Positions 55,277 through 64,000 of a stretch of 64,000 nt of DNA are shown here, in pieces. The notes under the pieces are model-generated. The model was given only the letters and a program-made list of their open reading frames with translations. It was not told the origin of the DNA and ran no database searches. The stretch is from Blastocladiella emersonii ATCC 22665. Lineage: Eukaryota > Fungi > Blastocladiomycota. Location: contig JANHCV010000008.1 in the NCBI GenBank assembly GCA_025594325.1, positions 744,001 through 808,000 on the forward strand. The letters are read 5' to 3'. Each line of letters begins with the position of its first letter. Within the stretch, counting starts at the first letter, position 1. Position numbers and translations under genes: made by a program.

Positions 55277-57475
55277 ATGAATCAACGCTCTATGCATTCT
55301 ACTCGCGAGACCGACTCAAGCTTCAGCATCGGTGAGCTGCCGACGGAGCTGCACGTTGCTGTTCTGCAGCTCGCCTTGCCTCGCAAATGCGTTCCAGCTT
55401 CGTCTCGCGACTTGCAGATTGCGGCCGCGGATAGAATCTTGCAGCCCATCTGGGATACTCGGCGCTCGGGCCTGTGGTTCAAGGCCGCCGCCCGGCGCAA
55501 GGTCGCTGGCGGTGTCAATCGAGACTCCCCTCGGACTGACCTTGCCTTGTACTTGCAGCAAGCCAACCGAAAATATCCCTGCTACCCCAACGCACGCTTC
55601 TTCCGTGCTGCCTCGTCGGTCTTGCTCCGTCGCATGCGGCTTCTCGTGACCGATCTGGACCAGCTCGCGCGTCACGTCGGCCCAGACGCATGTACCGCGG
55701 CCGGCTTGCCGCCTCGCAAATTTCAACCGTATTTCGATGGGACACCGCCTCAGCCCCAGCCAACCATCTCGTGTCTCCTTGTCCCCGCTTACTCGCACAT
55801 GGACATGTTTGTAGCCGCCCTCGCGCATCACGACGCATCGGCAGCACGCGAGATTCTCGAGGCGACGCTCAACCAGACCCCGGCGCTGCTCAACGTCTCC
55901 TCCAATGACTGGTTATTCACGCATCGTCCGTCCATCAAACAGTTGGAGTATTATGCAAGACGCTTTCCCAAGCCGATCACCCTGCTCGCGTACCTTACCG
56001 TTCTCGCAATCTACATGTGGAAGTCCGACTTTCTCAAAGCGGTGACCGAGCTCGGTCTCAGCGTCGATGTCGCCATGCTTCACGGCGCGTTCACCCAGAT
56101 CCTTCCCGGCTTCCCGCCGTACGACCCCAAGGTTACATCGCACGGCCATTTTACTCGCACGCTCAACTGGTTGATGCGCTATTTCCCCTCGGTCGTTGAC
56201 GGCATGGTCGAATCAAGTTACTCTGGGAGTACGGGTCCGCTCAATACGCCCATGCACTTTGCCCACGCGCACGCTCTCGCCATGTTCCCTGGACGGCTGC
56301 TGGCTGGAGCCGAGCCGGACAAGCTTGCCGAGCTTGTTCTCATGGCGAGTCAACAATCCGCAGGTCCGAACCTGCTTGCCGTCCTCAACAATCGCGGTCT
56401 TCTTGCTCCCGGGACGCTTGCTCACATCCTGCCCTACTCCATCACCAATTGGGCAAGCAAACGCATGCCCAAGCTCGCGTGCCAGGTTGTGGACCTCGCT
56501 GGATTGCAACTCGAGAGCGTGCTCGCTTGCGGTACATTTTGTTTTCCGCACTTGAGGATCGTCCAAAGTTAACTTGATCCCGTGTCTCACGTCCGCGCTC
56601 GGCTAGCATTCCACACTTGCTTCGCCAGCGCACTTTCATCAAGCGGCACGAACACATCCTCGGCCGGTTCGAGGCGCGGGGCACCCATGGCCAAACCGCG
56701 CGAACTGTTCCGCTTCGTGCTCGGGCACGTGCCCGACGAATGTCCTTCATTCTCGGACCAGCTCTCTGTGTGTATCCTCACCGGTCGCGATCCGACCGGT
56801 TTGGTGCAAAAGCAGGAACAGCAGGAAGCTCCGCTCAACGCGGCGATGCGATTCCAAACAATCTTTCCCAGGGCGAACGTCGATTCGCGCGAGATCGCGC
56901 TCTTGTTTGGACTCACTGCTCGCATCATTCCTCCTACACCGTTCGATCAGTGCAAAGTGTACACTTGGGCGTACTGGGTGACGTATGCTGCCCTCCGAAA
57001 CCCCGCCACTCGCACCGGGGCGATCGAGCTTATCGAGTAACATCCAGGTCTTGGCCCGATTCTGCTCGGCACCATGGTCGAGAAGCAGCTGGCCAGGGAG
57101 CTAACGATCAGTGTACATTTCACTGTTGGCGCTGACGGCGCCAAGTCGTCCGAAGCCGGCCCGCTCTGGACCCAAACGGCTTGGTTTTCTACGATCAAGG
57201 ACCTTCTCGCTCATGGAGGCGGCTTCGCGCAGGTTCCCGACTCGTGCAAGGCGGCGCTCCGCAAGAATTTCAACACGCCCAAGTTCCTGAGCTTGCTCGG
57301 CCCCACCTCCGCGCGCACCCATGTCCGTGCGAGAGCGAGACATGATCGCAATCAAAACCTCGTAGAATGTCCGCAGGGCGAGCTCGTTCGCGTTCTCGCG
57401 AGCAGCGACCTTGGTACTCTTCTCGACGTGGTGGACGGCTGCAACTGCTTGACCATGGCCGACTTCTGGAGCTGA
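55277..57475 (+). CDS. F-box-motif protein, spliced, with an in-frame TAA at 57038
   Basis: SFSIGELPTELHVAVLQLAL. Intron 56532..56606 joins ORF 55208-56572 to ORF 56582-57040 in frame, and the frame continues past TAA into ORF 57074-57475. Confidence 0.6.
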
Positions 57476-58243
57476 GTACCGGACGGCGCGCTGGACGTCG
57501 TACGTGACGCTGCGTGGGTGCGTGGATTCAAAGCCTGATTTCCGATTGCATGCGCGGAAAGTGCTACGAGTGCATCGAGCAGCTGAAGCGCGTCGCTCCC
57601 GTGGGATCAGCGCCTCAGTAAGGTGTTATTGTGGTTGCAGTTAACGTGCCTGGGAATTTGACTTTGCGCTCTTGCTAAATACACGCGCGGGGGACTGTCG
57701 TCGCGCTCAGCGCTCGTGCGAGACACGTTGGGAGACGCGTCGAACAATCATGTGATGTGGCGGCGCCGATTTCGATTGGGCCTGCGCGAAAGTTGCCGTG
57801 CGAAGTGGCCTCCCCACAAGCAGCTCAGAAACACTCTGCTATGAATACAATCAAACATTTACTTGCTGCAATGTCCTCGTATCCTCGCGATCGCTTGCCG
57901 TCGCGGGCGGCGCGCGCCGGGCGCCACCCATCTTATCGTTGGCCGTGAGCGCCGCGGGCAACGACGACCTGGGGCTCGACGGCGACGAGATCCGATCGCG
58001 ACGCTCTTGGCACTTGGCCGACACGCTGCTGCACTCCTCGGTGGGCTCGCACCTCTCTCTGCGTCGTCGATTGAGCTGTTACACGACTCGGAGACGGGAT
58101 GCGCGGACGAGGCGACGTCGCCCGTTCCCTCGGTCCTCGCAAGCAACTTGTGCGCCGTCGCCCGTGATCCTTGACAACTTCCGCCGCGGGGACACGCTCG
58201 CGCGCGAACTGGCCGCGTCTTATTCGCGCGGGCGGACCCCCGC

Positions 58244-58738
58244 TTGGTGCGCGTATCTCTGGCGTCGACGCGCTCGAGATCACCGCCAACAACGTGCGCC
58301 TTGTCTCCCAGCCGTACCCGCACCACTCCGCCGCCCGCCCGCATGCTCATGGACGCCACGCCCGACCCCACCGAGTCCGAGTGCTTGCACGCGTGTGTCC
58401 AGGGTATCTCGCCGTTCATCCCCGCCGCGTACCTCGGGAAACACAAATACGGCTACCGTATCCTTGAGTGCTGCTCGGCGGTGGACGCACCTAACGCGCA
58501 GAATGGGAACGCACTCATGTGCGGGGCGCGCGGCGCGCATTTCGCCGTAGTGTGCACGCTGCTCGAGTACGGCACCGAGCCTGATTATGTTGACGGCGAC
58601 GGGTGGTCTGCAACGAGATCCGCCTGCGGTACGGGCGCGCCGGGAACTACAACGTTCGCCGCGGGCGGTAACGGGCCGCCGCCGTCGAGTCTTCCGCTGT
58701 CAACGGGCGCCAATACGCTTGGCCGCGGGACTGAATAG
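58244..58738 (+). pseudogene. Ankyrin-repeat gene relic
   Basis: ISPFIPAAYLG..ILECCSAVD and GNALMCGARGAHFAVVCTLLEYGTEPDYVDGDGWSA are two degenerate canonical ankyrin repeats. Confidence 0.55.
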
Positions 58739-59118
58739 GAGACGCGCCCGCTCCCGCTTACGCTCACGCAGGCGCCGCCCGGCGCGCGGAATGTCAAGCG
58801 GCGGTACTTGAGTTCGTCCACGTCTGCCGCGTTGTTTGTTCGGCGCATGCCCCAGCACGCCACCACATGGTCGTGGGCGGGGCCCTCAGCGGCGTCGGTC
58901 GCGTCGGCATCGCAGCGGGAGCGGAAAAATGAACATGAAGCGCGCGACGTGAACTGAGGAATATTCCAAGGGCAGGTGACAGAACCAAGCATGTATGTTC
59001 GAATCACATCAGCTATCCTGATCCACCGCGTCTGCTTCTGCTTATCATCGCCTACTTGCGCCGCGACTGGCGCGCAGACTGTGAAACGGACCCTGGCTGC
59101 GGGCGCGCTGGCCCAGAT

Positions 59119-60370
59119 TAGGGACTGTGCGAAGCGGGGTTTCGGGCGGGAGGGGAAGGTTTGAGCCGATCACGTGAGGGTTCGAAGCCTCCCGGCGGCG
59201 GCGAAGCCTCCCGTCCCGAGCCGGTTTGAGGCTCCAACCGTCCCGGCCCCGGGACGCCTTCAACTCCACCCTCTCCCTCGCTGTAAACGCTCCCTCCCCG
59301 CCCCAAAACAAATACACTCACTCTCTAATGAAGTTCCAGTCCAAGATCTCTGCAACTATGCCCCGCTCCAACACCACCACGCGCCCGAACTCGCTCACCG
59401 ACCCGACCGACCCGCCCGCTGGCGCTTCGTCGGCCCTGACCGGCGGCGGCGACCGCGAGCCGGCGGCCATCGCCACGGCAACCGACTCGCCCCAGCCCGG
59501 TGGCAAGCCGCGAGCCCGTACGCGCAACAGCAAGCAGAAGACCAAGGACGACCGCCTCAACGACCACTACGCTTACTACTACTACAATAACCTTTCTGAG
59601 ACTTATGCCGGCGTGACGAAGAAGTACTTACGTGAGCTTAGATTTACATTGCAGGGGGTTGTGCGCAGGTTTCATTAATTTTGTGACGTGAAGAGAGGGT
59701 GGAAGAGTTAGCCGACGCGGACTCTGGGCCGCTCGCCCAGCGCAGCACCAGCACGGCCCGAAACGTTCCCGGCGTGCGGTGTGGTGAATGGTCGTGCCGC
59801 GTGGCTCAGCGCGAGACGTTTCGAGTCAAGCCACGTCCCACGCGACGCGTTTCCCACCGCGACACGCGACGCCACTCGGACGCGTTCCCCCTCCTCGTCA
59901 CCGCTGCGCGACGCGTCAACTCGGCCGCGGGCCTCAAACCGAGCCTTCTCTCCGTCTGCTGTTCTACGAATCACACGTAACAGTTGATCGGAGCGTCGGT
60001 TCGGAGCTTGAGTGCTCACGTCGTTCGTCGCGCAGGTACTTCTCGCCGCCCTCCCATTTGTCCCCTCATCCCACTCCCCGTCGTCGTCGCTCCCTTCGGG
60101 AAGCTCCTCCTCCTCCTCTGTTATATACGGTCTGCTGTTCTACGAATCACACGTAACAGTCGATCGGAGCGTCGGTTCGGAGCTTGAGTGCTCACGTCGT
60201 TCGTCGCGCAGATTCTGGACTAGACCTCTTGCAGTACCTCTCGATCCTCGGTCCCCCTACAGCGGCGACCGGCTCGCACAGACCCGTGCTCCAGGCTCGG
60301 GACGGGATGGTTTGCAGTGAAACCTGAAATCTTCCCCTCCCGCCCAGAACCCCGCTTCGCACAGTCCCTA
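59119..60370. mobile_element. Non-autonomous TIR DNA transposon, 1252 bp, 40-bp TIRs
   Basis: Left TAGGGACTGTGCGAAGCGGGGTTTCGGGCGGGAGGGGAAG versus right (reverse complement) TAGGGACTGTGCGAAGCGGGGTTCTGGGCGGGAGGGGAAG, 2 mismatches. Subterminal TCCCGTCCCGAGCC at both ends. No transposase; small ORF 59328-59678. Confidence 0.85.
59954..60211 (+). repeat. 82-bp direct repeat, two copies 176 bp apart, inside the TIR element
   Basis: GTCTGCTGTTCTACGAATCACACGTAACAG...GTCGCGCAG at 59954-60035 and 60130-60211, one mismatch. Confidence 0.9.
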
Positions 60371-61543
60371 TTCGAGGAGCTGCGCCTGGCACCGTTTGAT
60401 CAGGGCGACACCAAAGGCGCGGTCCCAAGCGGTACGGCCGAACACCCAGTTCTTGTCGCCGTCCTTGATCGCCTGGATGTCAAGCGAGTCGGCCCACGAG
60501 TGGTAGTCGCGGACGAATTTCTTGTCGGTGGGCTTGGTCAAGTCAAGTTCAAGTTCGGCCAACTTGACGTTGCGATCGTACTTGAAGTTGCAGAAGTTGC
60601 TAATGTTGGCCTCGCGCTCGTCGCGCTCCGCCACGGTCAGAGAAGAAGGTAAGAGCTCCTGGTTCATGGCGCCAATGTCAACCACGAAATCGGGGTCCGA
60701 CAGCTTCTTGGTCATGGCCAAGAGCGTCGCGATCCGGAGGCAGTTGACGCGGCGGCAGACGAGGGCGTTGGGCGTGGCCGCAGTCTGAAAAACTTCGGAG
60801 CAGCAGAGGCGCGCGAGCTCCTCAGTCGTCAGAGTGGCCGCGCCACAAGTATTGAGAGTACCTGGTCGGCCCGGCTTCGGGTTGTGCGTGAAGACCTACG
60901 CGGTATTTCGCGCGGTGAGTTGTGAGTGGATCACGAGGTAATATGCAAACGTACCTTGTTGCCGCGGTCGTTGACAAGCGCGAGGTGGTCGGATGGCAAG
61001 TTATCCAAAAAAATTTTGAGGAATTCGTCCTCGGGCACCCGCTCATCCGCGTTGCTGAAATTTTCTGCATGGGACGACGACGACGACGGGTCAACACCAG
61101 GTGTACGCCTGGCCTGCAGCGAAGCTTGCTCATCAATGGGCCCCTCACCGAACAGGCTTGCCAGGCCCAGCTACATATAAAAGCGTGGCTCATAAGTGGT
61201 TCGTCCCTAGGCCATGATTGATTGAGCTGGAACGAACCGGGATCCGGAACTTTGGCCAGCTGCGGGAAACGGCGGCCGCCGTGGTGGTCGGACCAGCGGG
61301 AGCCGACCGCACGGCCGTCCACTGCGCGTACTGCACGACGTTGGCGCGGTGGATCACGGACTTCTTGTGGCGCCGAAGGGCTTCGGTGCGGAAGTGCACA
61401 CCGCACGACTCGCACCAGTCGTAGCCGTTGCCCGACTCGAAAGCGGGCGGGAGGTCGGCGGGTAGCTTCGACGGCGGGTTGACGCGGCGCGCCGGCGCGT
61501 CGAGCCACTCGCGGCCACGTCCATTCGGGCTCGGTACATTCAT
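60371..61543 (-). CDS. U1/matrin-like C2H2 zinc-finger protein, spliced, ending at the TIR element
   Basis: WCESCGVHFRTEALRRHKKSVIH (C-x2-C...H-x5-H). Intron 60954..60896 joins ...LVNDRGNK to VFTHNPK...AMTKKLSD...QAQLLE in frame. The upstream splice near 61100-61190 is not resolved. Confidence 0.55.
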
Positions 61544-62672
61544 TGCAAGAAGTTCAGTAAGTTACATGGACCGCCCTCGGCGTCGACTCGGAGGAGAAGG
61601 TCGACCGAGCGGAAGCGACGACACTTCGGTCGCCAAACGGTTTGTCGGCTGCGCCGCACACGTGAGGCCTGCGCCACATGACTCATGTGATGCACGTGAA
61701 GTGAGCGGCGCGTCGCGAAGCCGCTTGCGAACCGAGGCTCAGCATATAAAATTAGCAAACCACATGTACCAGGTGAAAGCGTAGAAGCGACCCTGAAAAG
61801 TGGCAACAAAACGTCAAGTCCTCGGAGCATTCGCGAAGGCCTCAAAGCTGGGCAGAACATAGGGCATCGGCAATAGTTGGGTATCGGCGTCGAGATAATG
61901 TTGAGCTGGATCGACTTAGAGCGCTGGCGTAAGGCAGAATCCCGACGCGGACGCACACGATGGGCCATGGACATAGCGGCAACGGAAGCGTTCGCCGCGA
62001 GAGAGTGGTCGGTCGGACTGTCGCGCGATGCGATCAGATGGTCGAGGCACACACAATGGGTTTCTAGCGCAGAGCGCAGGGCGAGCGAGCAAGTGGTGAG
62101 TGATCGGCCGTGTTCACGCGGTATTCTACCCAAAGCGACACGCCCCAGGTCGAGGTTGACCTACGACCCCGCCGCGTGACGCTCGCCGCCGACTTGAGCT
62201 GGTCGTGCGCGTCGCGGCGCGTCGTGTTGTGGCTGGCCGGAGCTTGGTGGTCGTCGACCGACAGGGAAGACCACCACGCGCGCGTGATGTTGCCGCGGAA
62301 CTCGCGGAAGTCGAGTCACAATTGCTGAGAGCATCGTGTTGAGCGTGAGCTTGGCCATGAACCGCAGTCAATGATCGAGATGACAACGGGCGTTGCAGTT
62401 CTGGAGCGACCAACGTCGAGGCGCCCTGCCGCTTGAAGCAGTTGAAGCAGAGGAAGTTGAGCGTCGACGACGACAGCAAGTACGTGAGGCCCGGCGCGGC
62501 CCAGCACGACCTGGCGGCTCGTACTGTGTTGTCAGCCGGAAGTCGTTGCGTAGCACTCGCCCTAGGTTCGAGCGATGCGTCATGATTCTGCGAACGGCGG
62601 CGGGTTCCTTCGCGTACCGAATGATGCCACTCGCTCGCCGCGGGCTTGGCGCGCGCGTGAGCTCGGGGATGG

Positions 62673-64000
62673 ATGAGTATGGCCATTGGCGCCGCCACGG
62701 CTATTTCTACTTGCTCCGCGAGTAAAGACGGCGCTCCGACGTATAACGCAATTGTGCCCGAGTCGCCCGAGCAATGCGCGCTGCTCGAGGTCATGAACTG
62801 CCGAGCCAGGACTTTTCAAGCTATTATGCACTCCCGCTTGTCAGCCTTGGGGCCGGCTCAACCACCGCATGTGATGGATCTAACGCGCAAGCTCCTTGTT
62901 GTGGAACAAGCGCATGTTCGAGTGGACCTGCTTCCGTCTCCAGCTGCTCATTCGGCTCACACAGATGCACTTGCATCGCCGTGTGATCCTCAAAATACGA
63001 AGCCTGACATGCCACTTGGCTTTGAAGTACCTCCGCCTGCTGCTCCTCGGTTGGCTCGCGCGGATGCGGTTGCCTCGCCTTCCGCTCATCAAGAGACAAA
63101 GCTTGACACACCAAATGGCTCTGACTTGCCTCTATCGTCCCCTCGTCAGCCGTTTCGCGCGGATGCGCTTGCCTCGCCGTCCGCTCATGAAGACACACAG
63201 CTTGACGAACCGCGTGATCTTGAATCGCATCATGCGACTCCTTCACACATAACTTCCGATACGAGTAACAGCAGCGTAACCCCTCTCGCTCAGCCTGCGC
63301 TGTCGACGACTTCAACTCGTACTTTGGAGGCAATCATTGATGCAGCGGATTTCCAGTTTACGACCTTCCAGCCGCTTTCCGATCGCGCTGGACCGGAAAT
63401 CAAAGCCATGATTACAGCACTAACCACGGCCAGCGTCCCGCCCGGCCAGCTAGCCCGCGCGCTGCTCTTGACTCGATCCCTTTCCCGAGTTCCGCGCAAC
63501 ATTTACCATGCTTTTGCGATCGTTTTGGATCCAGATATGCCCGACGACTACGCGCGTGATGCTGTGCTTGCCGTATTCTGTCCGCGGCGGCCCAAGTGGG
63601 TTTCCCAGTGGCTCGAGTTTCGCGTCGAGCGCGGCGCGGATCGCTTGAGCGCACTCGAGCAAACTCGGTCGATTCTGCGCAATGTTCCCGGATGGAGCCC
63701 GGCCCGCGAGCGGCTTCCGCACGTCAAACGGCTTGTTGCGGAGCGGATTGACGGCGCGAATTTCAACAACTTGTTTGACGTTTTCATGGATCGGGATCAG
63801 ACGCTTGGTGACCTTTTTACGGCTTGTCTTGGGGCGACTTCTACACGCGCGGGCAATGCAGCCAACGATCGCCCGGTGCGGGAGATCAAGGTTCAATCAC
63901 GGACTGCCAGTGAAGCGATTTCAAACTCCGCTGAACAATGGCCAGCGAAACGGTCTCGCTGGCTCGCTTCGCCGCGACCTTCGTCGCCGAGGATCGCTGA
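62673..64000 (+). CDS. Gag-like family Y, diverged copy Y6 (open, runs off the right edge)
   Basis: My translation, 442 codons with no stop: PESPEQCALLEVMNCRARTFQAIMHSRL ... VPPGQLARALLLTR...PDDYARDAVL...PKWVSQWLEFRVERG, matching Y5 VPGALARALLDAR...SDEEARHVFL...DWVNRWLALKIRPG. Confidence 0.7.
   Translation, partial: MSMAIGAATAISTCSASKDGAPTYNAIVPESPEQCALLEVMNCRARTFQAIMHSRLSALGPAQPPHVMDLTRKLLVVEQAHVRVDLLPSPAAHSAHTDALASPCDPQNTKPDMPLGFEVPPPAAPRLARADAVASPSAHQETKLDTPNGSDLPLSSPRQPFRADALASPSAHEDTQLDEPRDLESHHATPSHITSDTSNSSVTPLAQPALSTTSTRTLEAIIDAADFQFTTFQPLSDRAGPEIKAMITALTTASVPPGQLARALLLTRSLSRVPRNIYHAFAIVLDPDMPDDYARDAVLAVFCPRRPKWVSQWLEFRVERGADRLSALEQTRSILRNVPGWSPARERLPHVKRLVAERIDGANFNNLFDVFMDRDQTLGDLFTACLGATSTRAGNAANDRPVREIKVQSRTASEAISNSAEQWPAKRSRWLASPRPSSPRIA

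Noticed and set aside
30289-57040. Alternative nuclear genetic code (TAA/TAG as sense) to explain in-frame stops
   Set aside because: Intact genes end in TAG or TAA (19501, 43021, 45041), the 2810-codon midasin exon has no internal TAR, and the stops replace different residues (Lys, Gln, probably Tyr).
43260-57040. RIP-like CpA-to-TpA mutation
   Set aside because: Only a few CAG/CAA-to-stop changes, the commonest route to any nonsense codon. The three Helitron copies appear unmutated, which RIP would not allow.

Overview
Eukaryotic, GC-rich genomic DNA with short GT-AG introns. The repeat families (LxWWxxSGL ankyrin-like repeats, RNI-like LRRs) suggest an early-diverging fungus such as Blastocladiomycota; this is inference only. 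Two core-like genes sit in a paralog- and transposon-rich region: a spliced ~1630-aa putative transcription factor (14.5-19.5 kb) and midasin/Rea1 (39.2-30.3 kb), which keeps all six AAA modules but stops early and then decays. Accessory content: (1) seven copies of a pol-less, LTR-less Gag-capsid-like family (coiled N-terminus, RS-rich tract, capsid-like core, extended CCHC knuckle, extra C-terminal domain); (2) three apparently identical non-autonomous Helitron copies that combine canonical TC...CTAG ends with Helitron2-type asymmetric inverted repeats and T|T targets, each within 45 bp upstream of an F-box-motif ORF; (3) about nine copies or remnants of a multi-exon F-box-related family, including a head-to-head pair that is intact except for a stop at the same codon 13; (4) a receptor-like LRR-TM gene built from 72-nt one-repeat exons; (5) a defective hAT transposase, a DIRS/Ngaro-like relic, a 1.25-kb TIR element, an ankyrin-like/LRR gene pair and relics. 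No rRNA, tRNA or CRISPR seen. All protein assignments come from motif recognition by eye, not database searches.
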